DNA of 64,000 nt from positions 64,001-128,000 of the forward strand of contig CAWFJP010000009.1 of assembly GCA_963816145.1 (NCBI GenBank). Direction: 5' to 3'. The position numbers and the translations under genes are program-made. The notes beneath the pieces are model-generated. The model saw only the letters and a program-made list of their open reading frames with translations. It ran no database searches and was not told the origin of the DNA. Below are positions 30,411-40,591 of this stretch, one piece after another (within the stretch, counting starts at the first letter, position 1; the number at the start of each line of letters is the position of its first letter). This DNA comes from an uncultured delta proteobacterium. Its GTDB lineage: Bacteria; Desulfobacterota; Binatia; UBA9968.

Positions 30411-31379
30411 ATGCTAACCAAGATCTCTACCATCGCTTTAGCTGTCGTCTTCGTCCTTCAATACAGTGCCGCAGATGCTCAGGAGCGGGTCAAGCTGCGC
30501 ATCAGTTCGGCGGCCAAGACGCTCGGCTACGGGCCGTTATGGATCGCTTCGCGCATGGGATTCTTCGAGCGCCAGGGATTGGATGTCGATGTCGTGGTGA
30601 TCCGCGCTTCCGACGTGGGCGTGCAAGCGCTCGCCGGCGGCTCCCTGGAGATCGCCGGCAGCGCGTCCGATGCGCCGATCGCCGCCATCGAAAAGGGGCT
30701 CGATCTGGTGATCGTCGGTGGAATCATCAACGGCTTGACGCAGTCGATCATGGCGGCCAAGAGATTCAAGACCTACAACGATCTGCGCGGCGCGACTTTC
30801 GGCGCCATCAGTCTCACCTCCGGGGTCACCTTCGCGCTGCGCCAAGTGCTCAAGCTAAAGGGGCTGGAGTATCCGCGCGATTACAAGCTACTGGTCATCG
30901 GCGGCACGCCGCAAACCTATGCGGCTCTGGTCGCCGGCTCCATCGATGCGGCGGCGCTTTCGCTGCCGGTCAACTATGCCGCGGAAGAGCACGGCTTCAA
31001 TGAGATCGGCCGTTTTGTCGATGTGATGCCCAATTACCAACTGGCCGCGCTGTCGACCAAGCGGACGTGGGCGGAAAAAAACCGGCCGGTGCTGGTGCGC
31101 GTCATGCGCGCCATGGCGCAGACGATGCGCTGGATTCATCAGAACAAGGAGCCGGCGGCGAACTATCTTGCCAAGGAGATGAATTTGAAACTGGACCACG
31201 CCCGGCGTGGTTGGGACTTCTACACGGCGACCAAGATGTGGCATCCCGACGGCGATGTGAATCTCGAAGGGTTGCAAAACGTCACGCAAATCTACTGGGA
31301 GCAAAGCCAGTCCAAAGGCCCGGTGCCAAGCGCAGCCAAATATGTCGATCAGAGTTATTTGCGCGAAGCGTTGAAGTAG
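30411..31379 (+). CDS. ABC-type solute-binding protein, SsuA/THI5-like
   Basis: Signal peptide; YGPLW, GLEYPRDYKLL, WAEKNRP; same subfamily as 22220 and 23279. Confidence 0.88.
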   Translation: MLTKISTIALAVVFVLQYSAADAQERVKLRISSAAKTLGYGPLWIASRMGFFERQGLDVDVVVIRASDVGVQALAGGSLEIAGSASDAPIAAIEKGLDLVIVGGIINGLTQSIMAAKRFKTYNDLRGATFGAISLTSGVTFALRQVLKLKGLEYPRDYKLLVIGGTPQTYAALVAGSIDAAALSLPVNYAAEEHGFNEIGRFVDVMPNYQLAALSTKRTWAEKNRPVLVRVMRAMAQTMRWIHQNKEPAANYLAKEMNLKLDHARRGWDFYTATKMWHPDGDVNLEGLQNVTQIYWEQSQSKGPVPSAAKYVDQSYLREALK

Positions 31380-31394
31380 ATTTAAGAAGGCACC

Positions 31395-31474
31395 AGGCAA
31401 TAGGCAATAGGCAACAGAAGGTTGCTGGAGGTATTTTTCTAAACTCTTGCCTATTGCCTTATGCCTATTGCCTT
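31395..31474. repeat. Inverted heptamer-type repeat (AGGCAAT)
   Basis: AGGCAAT AGGCAAT AGGCAAC ... TTGCCTA TTGCCTT ATGCCTA TTGCCTT; the same unit recurs at 33509-33539. Confidence 0.75.
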
Positions 31475-31527
31475 ACCTATCTCTTGAATATTTCCCCGAG
31501 TGACCCTAAAGTTGAAAATCATGCGCG

Positions 31528-32079
31528 TTGGACCTTCCTAGAGTGATAAACCCACCCACGATACTTAAAACCGAACGCCTACGACTCAGAAAAGCTAAAC
31601 TCGCGGATGCCGAAGCGATTTTCCGCCAATACGCGACAGATCCGGAAGTGACCAAGTATGTCAGCTGGCGCGCCCATCGGAACCTTGAGGAGACACGAGA
31701 GTACATGCGCATGTGTTCGCTGGCTTGGGACGTCGGCAAAGCCTTTCACTGGGTGATCGAGACTCAAGAAAGCAAGCAAGTCATCGGCATGGTGATCGCG
31801 CGTGTGAGCGACGAGAAATGGGAGCTGGGGTTTGTCTTGACGCGGGCTTATTGGGGGCGCGGTTACATGACCGAATCCATCACAGCGCTGATCGCCTGGG
31901 CGCTCAAGCAGAAAGAGATCTTCCGCATCTGGGCGGTGTGCGACGTCGACAACAAGGCCTCGGCGCGGGTGATGGAAAAGGCCGGCATGCAGCGCGAGGG
32001 GATTCTGAAGCGCTGGTCGGTGCATCCGAACATTAGCCCCGAGCCGCGCGACTCATATTGCTACGCGATTACCAAGTAG
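31528..32079 (+). CDS. GNAT N-acetyltransferase (RimJ/RimL-like)
   Basis: LKTERLRLR, YWGRGYMTE, NKASARVMEKAGMQREG. Confidence 0.9.
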   Translation: MDLPRVINPPTILKTERLRLRKAKLADAEAIFRQYATDPEVTKYVSWRAHRNLEETREYMRMCSLAWDVGKAFHWVIETQESKQVIGMVIARVSDEKWELGFVLTRAYWGRGYMTESITALIAWALKQKEIFRIWAVCDVDNKASARVMEKAGMQREGILKRWSVHPNISPEPRDSYCYAITK

Positions 32080-32126
32080 AAGAGCAAGAGTTGGAGTGCT
32101 GGAGTAGAGGAGTGTTGGGTAATCCA

Positions 32127-32477
32127 ATGCGACCAGGAGGTTTTACGGTGACGCTTCGGCGGTGGTTCTTGCTTCTGAGCTTCGTCTCAATCTTCGTTAA
32201 TCAACCGTCGAACGCTGCCAGCGATCCTGTCGGTGTCTTGGAAAGAAACGAAATCGTCGTCGCCTATCCGCAGGCGAGTGGTGTTTTCACGCCGCTGTTT
32301 GTCGCCAACGAAGCCGGCCTGTTCAAGAAATACGGTCTCAGCGTTAAACTCCAGCAGCTCAACCCGCAGCTATCGGTTCAATCCGTTATCTCCGGCTCGG
32401 CCGATATGTCGGTGGCGGCGGGGGATCTTGTCAACGCTTCGTTGCAGGGTGCCAAGATCAAACGTGCGCCGGAATGA
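32127..32477 (+). pseudogene. 3'-truncated SsuA/THI5-like solute-binding protein
   Basis: Signal peptide and PLFVANEAGLFKKYGL...ISGSAD...LQGAKIK, then an abrupt stop at about one third of normal length. The next gene starts 58 nt later. Confidence 0.75.
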
Positions 32478-32534
32478 CGGATCTAATACTATCGGACGAG
32501 AGCGCATGGCGCGGTCGTCTCGACGAGGTAAATC

Positions 32535-33539
32535 ATGTTTAAGAGTTTCATGGTCTCAGTTGCTTTTCTAGTTCTCGTCTTATCGGTCCATCTGGTCTCC
32601 GCCCAGGAGCGTGTTCGCGTCGGTTGGGCGGCGATGACGGCGTCGCATACGCCGTTGTGGGTGGCGCAGGAACGCGGCTTTTTCGCCAAGCAGGGATTAG
32701 TCACCGAGCCGATTTTCTTCGGCGCCGGTCCGCCGGCAATGCAGGCGTTGGTGGCCGGCGATTTGGACATTGTCATTACTTCGGCGCCCAACGTCGTTAA
32801 CCCGCGGCTGGGCGGCGCCGATTTGGTCATGATCCTGTCGATCATTCCGACATTCATCGATCACATCATCAGCGCCGCGAATATCACGACCGTGGAGCAA
32901 CTGCGTGGCAAGACCGGTTCGGTCAATCGCGCCGGCAGCATCTCCGACATGGGGATGAAGCTCTCGCTCAGACGCTTGGGGATAGATCCGGACAAAGACG
33001 TCAAGATCGTCCCCGCCGGCGGTAATCCCGAACGGCTGGCGTCGATCTCGAAGGGCATTACGCAATTCACGATCATGAACGAGCCGTTCATCAAGGAGGC
33101 GGAGCGGTTGGGTTTCCGTGACTTGGTCAACATGGCGACCTTGAAGATTCCGCTCCATGGCAACGGCGTCGTCACGCGCGAGGCGAGCGTCAAATCGCGG
33201 CGACCGATGTTGAGCCGGTTTGTTCGGGCGATATCCGAAGCGATCCACTGGATCAAAGCCGATAGAGAAGGCACCAAAGCGATCATCGGCAAGTATACCC
33301 GACTCACCGATCCGGAAGGCTTGGAACGAACCTACCGCAACTATACGTCGGTGCTGCTCGACACGCCGTACCCCGATCCCGCCGGCATCAAAACATTGCT
33401 CGACGATATGGCGCCGAAAAATCCCAAGGCCGGAGCTGCCGATCCGCGGAGCTTTGTCGATCCGAGTTTTATCCAGGAGATGGAGGCGTCGGGGTTCATT
33501 AAGGCACTTAGGCAACAGGCGTCAGGCAATAGGCAATAG
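32535..33539 (+). CDS. ABC-type solute-binding protein, SsuA/THI5-like
   Basis: Signal peptide, PLWVAQERGFFAKQGL, QLRGKTG, QEMEASGFI; the C-terminal tail QQASGNRQ is encoded by AGGCAA repeats. Confidence 0.88.
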   Translation: MFKSFMVSVAFLVLVLSVHLVSAQERVRVGWAAMTASHTPLWVAQERGFFAKQGLVTEPIFFGAGPPAMQALVAGDLDIVITSAPNVVNPRLGGADLVMILSIIPTFIDHIISAANITTVEQLRGKTGSVNRAGSISDMGMKLSLRRLGIDPDKDVKIVPAGGNPERLASISKGITQFTIMNEPFIKEAERLGFRDLVNMATLKIPLHGNGVVTREASVKSRRPMLSRFVRAISEAIHWIKADREGTKAIIGKYTRLTDPEGLERTYRNYTSVLLDTPYPDPAGIKTLLDDMAPKNPKAGAADPRSFVDPSFIQEMEASGFIKALRQQASGNRQ

Positions 33540-33556
33540 TCAGAAAGGGGACCATA

Positions 33557-34558
33557 ATGGAGCGGCGAACCATGCTTCGATCGACCTTATGTGTGTGCAT
33601 ATTTCTCGGCGGTTTGGTTGGGCGCATCGCGGCCGCGGCCGAAAAGCTGGTCGGTCTTCAGTCGGCGCCGAGCATCGCCATGGCGGTGCCTTGGTTCGCC
33701 GAGGAGGCGCGGCTGTATCCGAAGTACGACCTCGACTTTCAGCTGGTCTATATCGCCTCTTCGGGCATCGTGACCGCGGCGATGAGCAGCGGCAACGGCA
33801 GCGTGGCCATCGTCGGTGGCGAAGGGCCGATCCGCGCGTACTTGAGCGGCAATACCGATTTCGTTTTTATCGGTTCGGTAAAAAATGTCCTTACCCATAG
33901 CATCATGGGCAAGCCGGAGATCAAACGACCGGAGGATTTAAAAGGCAAAAGGATCGGCGTCGGCCGCATCGGCGGCAACTCGCACTATTTCACGCAATTG
34001 GCACTGCGCCTGAAGGGTCTCGATCCGCTCAAGGACGTGAACATGATTCAAACCGGCGGCGCGCCGGAAACCTTTTTGGCGCTCGCCACGGGCGCCGTCG
34101 ACGCGGCTTCGATAACGACACCGCAGGACACACGCGCGGCGTTTCAAGGCTTTAACTACGTCATCGACGGCCGGGAGATCAAACCACCGTACGTGGCGAC
34201 CGGGTTCGTTACGCTCCGCTCGATCATCGCCAAACGGCCGAAGGTGATCAGCCAGTTCATGCACATGATGACCGAGTCGTACAAAATCATGCGGACGGAC
34301 CGCGAGTTGGCGTTTAGACTCATGGCGAAGAAGATCGGTCTCACCGACCGCAAGGTTTTTGACGCCGCCTACACGGCTGAAATGAAAGTGCTCGAGCCCA
34401 AGTTGGACATCAAACCCATCGCGATCCAGACAAACCTCGACGAAATCGCTAAAACCGACCCGCGCGCCAAGCAGGTGAAGGCGGAGCAGCTGATCGACCG
34501 ACGCTTTCTCGACGAGATGGAGAAGGACGGGACGTTCGATAAGTTGGGGCTGCGATAG
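33557..34558 (+). CDS. ABC-type solute-binding protein, SsuA/THI5-like
   Basis: Signal peptide, DLKGKRIGVGRIGGNSHYF, GGAPET, LDEMEKDG. Confidence 0.88.
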   Translation: MERRTMLRSTLCVCIFLGGLVGRIAAAAEKLVGLQSAPSIAMAVPWFAEEARLYPKYDLDFQLVYIASSGIVTAAMSSGNGSVAIVGGEGPIRAYLSGNTDFVFIGSVKNVLTHSIMGKPEIKRPEDLKGKRIGVGRIGGNSHYFTQLALRLKGLDPLKDVNMIQTGGAPETFLALATGAVDAASITTPQDTRAAFQGFNYVIDGREIKPPYVATGFVTLRSIIAKRPKVISQFMHMMTESYKIMRTDRELAFRLMAKKIGLTDRKVFDAAYTAEMKVLEPKLDIKPIAIQTNLDEIAKTDPRAKQVKAEQLIDRRFLDEMEKDGTFDKLGLR

Positions 34559-34569
34559 CTCCAACTGCG

Positions 34570-34647
34570 GTTCAAAGTTCAAGGTTCAAAGGTTAAACGA
34601 TCTATCCCGATCCACCTTGAACTTTTGAACCTGGAACCTTTGAACTG
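34570..34647. repeat. Inverted GTTCAA heptamer/octamer repeat between convergent genes
   Basis: GTTCAAAGTTCAAGGTTCAAAGG...CCTTGAACTTTTGAACCTGGAACCTTTGAAC. Confidence 0.75.
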
Positions 34648-34658
34648 CTTGCCCTGCT

Positions 34659-35672
34659 TCATTGCAGGGCAAGCCCCACCACCTTCGCCGGATTCCGCGT
34701 GCACACCGTATACAGTTCGTCCTGATTCAAACCAAAGGCCTCCATGTAGCCGCGCACCAGGCGCATCGCTTCGACGGAGTCGGGGAAGAGCGGTTCGCCG
34801 GCGTCGCTGGACAAAGTGAAGTGCGCGACGCCGACTTCGCGGATGGTGTTGTACATGATTTGCGGGTCGACGCCCAGGAGCGGCGAGAGTTCGTCCCAGG
34901 TGAAATTGAACAGCACGCCGGTGCCGCGGAGTTGTTTCATCATGTCCGGTGAGACATTCAAGAACGGGCTGAAGGGGTGATCGATGACGGCGCGTTTCAA
35001 GCCGGCTTTCTCGACTTCTTCGGCGAGCTGGTAAATCTCGGCGTGGGTGGCGTGGCCGAAAAAGAGCGCGACGTTTCTATCGGCGCAAAGGTGGACAATG
35101 TCGCGGATCTCGGGCTTGAGCTTGCCGTTCTCATCGAGATCGTAGTGGCCGGTTTTGAGCGCTTCGTCCCAAGGGATCGGCCCGACCCAGCCGGCGTTTT
35201 CGCGACCGCGGACGAAGCGACCGTAGGTGCCGACGGTGCTCATGGTGATCACATGGGTGAACACCGGGAGCCAAATCGCGGTCACGCCGCGGTCGATCAT
35301 GTCGCCGACGATCTTTGCCGTCACCGGCGCCATTTGCCTGCCGCAGACATAGGCCGACCAGCAGGTGATCGGCTTGACACCTTCTTGTGTTTCCGCCCAA
35401 CGATTGACGTCGTCCTGGACGGCCTGGGTCGCCTTGACTGGATCGTCGCCAGGTATGCTTTTGAACAACAGGCCTTTCATCTCGGCGAGGGACGCCCGCC
35501 GCGCCAGGTCGTAAGGATCCTGCTGGCCTTCATGAGCATGGCAATGGATGTCGATGGCGTCTGTGACTTTTATGTGCGGCGGATGGACCGTGCCCGGTTT
35601 GTACTGGGTGCGCGCGGCGTAGGATGTGACGCAGCGTTCATGCGTCGGGGTCGAAACGATATGGGTGCTCAT
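34659..35672 (-). CDS. Metal-dependent amidohydrolase-superfamily protein (DUF6282-like)
   Basis: IDIHCH, LLFKS, IWLP, FGH, VIDHP, LSSDAG, NPAKVVGL; AAGGAGG RBS before MSTH at 35672. Confidence 0.75.
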   Translation of the reverse strand: MSTHIVSTPTHERCVTSYAARTQYKPGTVHPPHIKVTDAIDIHCHAHEGQQDPYDLARRASLAEMKGLLFKSIPGDDPVKATQAVQDDVNRWAETQEGVKPITCWSAYVCGRQMAPVTAKIVGDMIDRGVTAIWLPVFTHVITMSTVGTYGRFVRGRENAGWVGPIPWDEALKTGHYDLDENGKLKPEIRDIVHLCADRNVALFFGHATHAEIYQLAEEVEKAGLKRAVIDHPFSPFLNVSPDMMKQLRGTGVLFNFTWDELSPLLGVDPQIMYNTIREVGVAHFTLSSDAGEPLFPDSVEAMRLVRGYMEAFGLNQDELYTVCTRNPAKVVGLALQ

Positions 35673-35869
35673 CGATTTGGCCTCCTTGGACTGGCTGTGG
35701 GGGGATGTTGCTACAATCTGGACGACAATGTCAAAGGCAATGGACAGTAATAGGCGTGAGGCTTGAGGCACGAGGCGGGAGTCAGATCTGAAAAATTCGT
35801 TTGGTTTCCGGGGTTTGATTGTTGTAAGAACTTGGCAATCTGGTTCTTGTCTATCAGGGAGGGGCAGAG

Positions 35870-36880
35870 ATGATGCTTCGACTGTTCGCGCGAGTCGCGT
35901 ATCGCGCTTGTTTCATTGTGCTCGTCGCTGCGATGCTGCCGGCGGGAATATTAACCGCGGCGGACCGCGTCAATATGATTTACACCGCGCGGGTGATGTC
36001 GCAGGCCTACCCCTGGATCGCGCAAGAGGCGGGACTTTTCAAGAAATACGATTTGGATGTGCCGATGGTGTTCGTCACGCCGGGCGCCCCATCGGTGGCA
36101 GCGATTCTTTCCGGCGACAGCGAGGTGGCGGTGATCGGTGCGGCGAGCATTACCCGCCCATGGGTGCAGGGCAACAAGGACCCGGTTTTTGTCGGCGGCA
36201 TCAAGAGCCTGTTAACCCACAGCGTGATCGCCAAACCCGAGATCGCGCGGCCTGAACAATTGAAGGGCAAACGCATCGGTGTGTCGCGCATCGGCAGCAA
36301 TCCGCACTATTTCGCCGTGCAGGCGCTGCGCCATTACAACATCGATCCGCGCGAAGTGAGCTTTATCCAAGCCGGCGGCGCGCCGGAGACCCTGGCGGCG
36401 TTGGTCGCCCAAGGCATCGATGCCGCGGTGCTGACGGTTCCCACGGACGCTCAGGCACTCAAGCTTGGTTATCACTACGTGGTCTATGGTCCCGACTTGA
36501 AAATCGCTTACGCGGCGACGACCTTCATCACCCGCCGCACGATCATCGCCAAGCGCGGACCGGTGATCGGCCGTTTTATGCGCGCCATGGCCGAAGCGGC
36601 GCGTATCATGCACGTCGACCGAGAATACACTTACAAGGTTTTGGAGAAATATTTGCGGGTCGACGATCGCAAGCTGTTGGAGGCCAGCTACAATGTCGAG
36701 ATCAAAGCCTTGGAGCCGCGCCTGGCGATGAAGACCGAAGGCTTCCAGTCGACGCTAGAGGAAATCGCTCCCACCGAACCGCGCGCCAAGGCGGTCAAGC
36801 CGCAAGAGATGATCGATACCCGCTATCTCGACGAGATGGAGAAGAGCGGCTTCTTCGAACAGATTTGGGGGAAGAAATAG
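35870..36880 (+). CDS. ABC-type solute-binding protein, SsuA/THI5-like
   Basis: Signal peptide, QLKGKRIGVSRIGSNPHYF, GGAPET; paralog of 33557. Confidence 0.88.
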   Translation: MMLRLFARVAYRACFIVLVAAMLPAGILTAADRVNMIYTARVMSQAYPWIAQEAGLFKKYDLDVPMVFVTPGAPSVAAILSGDSEVAVIGAASITRPWVQGNKDPVFVGGIKSLLTHSVIAKPEIARPEQLKGKRIGVSRIGSNPHYFAVQALRHYNIDPREVSFIQAGGAPETLAALVAQGIDAAVLTVPTDAQALKLGYHYVVYGPDLKIAYAATTFITRRTIIAKRGPVIGRFMRAMAEAARIMHVDREYTYKVLEKYLRVDDRKLLEASYNVEIKALEPRLAMKTEGFQSTLEEIAPTEPRAKAVKPQEMIDTRYLDEMEKSGFFEQIWGKK

Positions 36881-36983
36881 GCATGAGGCTTGAGGCGAGA
36901 GGCACGAGTAAAGTCGGGAATGGACGACCTCTGGATGCAAGCAGGAAGCGCTTCGCTTGCGATCGGCGAACGCCCTGCCGAGG

Positions 36984-37460
36984 TTAGGTTCTCTTAACCG
37001 TCAATCGCCGGCCCATGCGCAGGGCGGGTTCGACGCCTTGGTAATAGCCGGGGAGTTGGACGAGGGTTCGGTAACCCATGCCTTCGTAGAATCGTTGTGC
37101 ACCGGTGTTGCTGGCGCGCACTTCGAGGGAGATGGCAACGTTGCCCGCCACCGACGCGCATCGTTCCAACCAGTGCAGCAGTTGGCGACCGATGCCGGCG
37201 CGGCGGCAGTCGGGGGCGACGGCGAAGAGATTGAGATGGGCGACCCGATCGCCGTATTTCATAATGCCAAAACCGGCGAGGCGATTGTCGAGGCGGGCGA
37301 CGAGCACGTTGGTATTTTCGGCATTGATGCTCGCTACCACCCGTTGTGCCGTCCAGCGCCAGAGCAATCCGTTCTCGATCAATTCCCGTGACATGTCGGC
37401 GATGGCGGTGGCATCCGCCGGTCGCGCTAGACGCAAGGAAAGATCGGAGCTTGTTTTCAT
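36984..37460 (-). CDS. GNAT acetyltransferase, RimI-like
   Basis: AHLNLFAV, RRAGIGRQLL, LEVRASNTGAQRFYEGMGY, PGYY. Start uncertain. Confidence 0.85.
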   Translation of the reverse strand: MKTSSDLSLRLARPADATAIADMSRELIENGLLWRWTAQRVVASINAENTNVLVARLDNRLAGFGIMKYGDRVAHLNLFAVAPDCRRAGIGRQLLHWLERCASVAGNVAISLEVRASNTGAQRFYEGMGYRTLVQLPGYYQGVEPALRMGRRLTVKRT

Positions 37461-37553
37461 ATTTTCGGCAAAGTCTCTGGTGATTGTCATGCCGGTTTGA
37501 TGGTATGTCAAGAAAGTTTTACCGAGGTTATTGCAAGTTGCGCGAGGCGTTCG

Positions 37554-38584
37554 TCAATTCGCCAACATTTTTTTCACCCGCTCGATCGACCTCCGGCGGC
37601 TGAACAATAATCTCTTTGGCAATTTTCTCCAAATCTTCACCGCCTAAGGGTTCGATGTCCCAGCCGCGTTTCTTGGCGCCGGCCAGGAGATCAGGATCGG
37701 TCATGGCTGTAATGAATGCGCTGCGCAGAAGTGTGACCCGATCGGGCGGCGTGCCGGGATGGGCGATGAAGGGACGGCCGAGGTCGCCTGAGGCAAGGAT
37801 CACCTTGGCGACGCGTTTGGTGGCGTCGGCTGCTTTATAGGTTTCCAACAATTCGTGAAGCGTCGGCACGTCGGCGAGCTTGGCATAACGTGTCGCGCCG
37901 CTCTGCACCAAGGCGCGGATAAAGCCATTTTTGATCCAGCTGCGAGTCGGTTCGCGGGAGACATAGGCCGAAGCGGTGCCGGCGCGGCAATGCACTTCGC
38001 CTTTTTCGATGGCAAGATTCATCTCACCGCCACCGCCGTAACCGGCGACGATGTTGATTTTCAAACCGAGTCCTTCCTCCAAGAGTTTCGGTAAGAAATA
38101 ACCCAAGCCGGTGCGGCCCAGACTGGCGCAACGTGGCGGCTCAGCGGCTTTGCGAATATCTTCGAGGGTCTTGTAAGGACTGTCGGTGCGGATGTAAAGA
38201 ACCTGATCGATCTTCTCGGGTGAGCCGATCCAGGCGAACTTCGACCAGTCGTATTTGACTTCCTTGGCGCCGAGCAGTTGATCGATGTAGATCGCCGGAT
38301 TGATCAGTCCGAGGGTCAAACCGTCTGGTTTGCCGACGTTGTAGACATGATTGGCGGCGATGATGCTGGCGGCGCCGGGCATGTTTTGCACCAAGATGTC
38401 TGGATTTCCCGGAATATGTTTGCCGAGATAAAGCGCGATGAAACGCGCCCAGTCGTCCATCGCCCCGCCCACTGAATTACCGACGACAATGCGCAGCGTC
38501 TTGCCTTTATAAAACTCCTGTGCGGTCAACGGCGATATCGTCGAATCCATAAACAAGCATTGCGAGGATGAGCAATCTTTTCAT
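37554..38584 (-). CDS. Tripartite tricarboxylate transporter (TctC/Bug) substrate-binding protein (two +1 frameshifts near 38544 and 37588)
   Basis: FYKGKTLRIVVG, KHIPGNP..VQNMPGA, GYGGGGE. The repaired gene starts MKRLLILAML and ends PPEVIERVKKMLAN*. Confidence 0.82.
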
Positions 38585-38618
38585 TGGGGCCTCACTCCGA
38601 GTTTTTGCACTTAAAGAC

Positions 38619-39290
38619 TCATACGATGCCCGTCGAATGCAGCAGCGACTGAGTCGCCGAAGTAGCCAAGTGGTCAAGGAAGCAGGCCGCGTCGTCGCCG
38701 GCATTCAAGTGCGACGCTGCGGCGTATTCCGTAAAGTTCTGAATCGCCGCCGGCAGCGGCCCGGCGGACCGCACGCCTTTGCCGGCATTCTCGATAATCA
38801 CCGTCGTCGCGCCAAAACCGATCTCGCTGCCGCAGCCTTTGGCGATATGGTCGCGCACCGCCGCGAAGTCTGGATATCGGATGATTTTTGCCGCCACCTC
38901 GGCGGCGATGCCGAGCCGGGGGAATAGACCATCGAGATAGCTGCCGGTGGAGGCCTGGTTATAGATGATGCGATCGGCCCGCAATAGGGCTTGCGTCAAT
39001 TCGGCGGCATCGGTGATCCGCGGCACCGGCGCATCGTCACGCACTAAGATGCCGACACCGATACGACCGAGCGCGATGCGCCGCTTGGTTAAGGTGCCCG
39101 CGGCCACGAGTTCATCAAGCAATGCCGCCGGAGCGATCACCACATCGGCATATTCATCGGCGGCAAGTTTCCTGCGGATCTCTGGCGCGGTGGCGAAAGC
39201 TAGTTTGATCTCGGCACAGGTTTGCCGCTGGAACATGTCGATAACTTTAGTAAGCCCCGGCGCTACCGCACCAGCACTAAGTATCTTCAT
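38619..39290 (-). CDS. ModA-like substrate-binding-fold protein without signal peptide
   Basis: ILSAGAV, DVVIAP, GRIGVGILVR, ASTGSYL, GPLPAAIQNFTEYAA. Confidence 0.75.
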   Translation of the reverse strand: MKILSAGAVAPGLTKVIDMFQRQTCAEIKLAFATAPEIRRKLAADEYADVVIAPAALLDELVAAGTLTKRRIALGRIGVGILVRDDAPVPRITDAAELTQALLRADRIIYNQASTGSYLDGLFPRLGIAAEVAAKIIRYPDFAAVRDHIAKGCGSEIGFGATTVIIENAGKGVRSAGPLPAAIQNFTEYAAASHLNAGDDAACFLDHLATSATQSLLHSTGIV

Positions 39291-39523
39291 ATTTGTTGCG
39301 AAGCCTATGCGATCAGGTCCGCTACTGTCAAATCGATTTCGCCGTGCCTTGGAGCTCTAGGTTCTCATGCTACCGGCCGTGCGGCGAACTATGCTAAGCA
39401 AGACAGAAGCGGCGGTGCCCGCAACACTCCTCGAGCAACGTTTTGTTGGGTATTGCAGTGAGCCTCGGGAATCGCCGCGATATGTTGATTCGCAACATTC
39501 GATTACGCTAAAACAATGGCAAC

Positions 39524-40576
39524 TTGCGAGGTTTCATGGTCTGGAAAGTTCTATTGCTATTGGCTTTGATGGCGCTGCCTGTGATCGTCGGTGCCCAAGC
39601 TCCGTCATTCAAAGACAAATCGGTGCGGGTCATTGTCGGATTCCCACCGGGCGGCGGCTCGGACGCGGAGGGGCGGGTGATTGCGCGCCATCTGGGCAAA
39701 TACATTCCAGGAAACCCTTCGCTCATCGTGCAAAACATGCCGGGAGCGGGCGGCATCATCGCGTCGAACTATTTTGAAGATCTGGCCAAGGCCGACGGTT
39801 TGACGCTTTATTATTGCGTCGGTAGCACGGCGATCACCCAGCAGGCGTTCGGCGTCGAAGGCGTTAAGTACGACATGCGCGGCTGGGAGGTCCTGGGCAG
39901 CGTTGACCGCGCTTCGTCGGTGGTGCTTGTCCGCGCCGACAAACTCGATCGGCTAACCGGGCGCGACAAGCAGCCGCTTGGCATTGCCGCACGCACCGGT
40001 GACGATAGCTGGAGCACGATTTTTCTCTGGGGCGCGGAGTATCTCAATTGGAATGTGCGTTGGATACTCGGCTATCGCGGCGGCGGCGAGATGCGCGTCG
40101 CCTTCGAGCGCGGCGAGGCCGACCTCTATGCGACTGCCAATCTGTTGACGTTGCGTGAATTGATTGGCTCCGGCTTCCGTCCGCTAACGCAGCAGGGAAA
40201 GTTGACGGCCAAAGGGACATTCGTCAGACGGCCTGAGTTTCCCGAGGTACCGACGTTCGACGAGATGATGGGGAGCCGCAAGCCCAGCGGCGAGCCGTGG
40301 ACCGCTTATGTGACTTGGGCCGGGTCGGATGCCGCGGGTCGACCGCTATTCGCGCCGCGTAAGACGCCGCAACCGATCGTGCAGATGCTGCGCGCATCCT
40401 TCGATAATTTAGAAAATGACAAGCAGTTCATGAGCGACTTGCGAAATGTCGGCGGCGAAGATGCGGAGATGATGTCCGCCGCGAAGATTCAACCGCTGGT
40501 GAGGCAGTTGTTGGTGATTTCGCCGGGCGCGCGCGATTTCACCAAAAGGATCACCGCTAAATATTTGCAACGATAG
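39524..40576 (+). CDS. Tripartite tricarboxylate transporter (TctC/Bug) substrate-binding protein
   Basis: Signal peptide; VIVGFPPGGGSD, KYIPGNP, QNMPGAGG, GYRGGGE. Confidence 0.88.
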   Translation: MRGFMVWKVLLLLALMALPVIVGAQAPSFKDKSVRVIVGFPPGGGSDAEGRVIARHLGKYIPGNPSLIVQNMPGAGGIIASNYFEDLAKADGLTLYYCVGSTAITQQAFGVEGVKYDMRGWEVLGSVDRASSVVLVRADKLDRLTGRDKQPLGIAARTGDDSWSTIFLWGAEYLNWNVRWILGYRGGGEMRVAFERGEADLYATANLLTLRELIGSGFRPLTQQGKLTAKGTFVRRPEFPEVPTFDEMMGSRKPSGEPWTAYVTWAGSDAAGRPLFAPRKTPQPIVQMLRASFDNLENDKQFMSDLRNVGGEDAEMMSAAKIQPLVRQLLVISPGARDFTKRITAKYLQR

Positions 40577-40591
40577 GAGAGGCACGTATCG

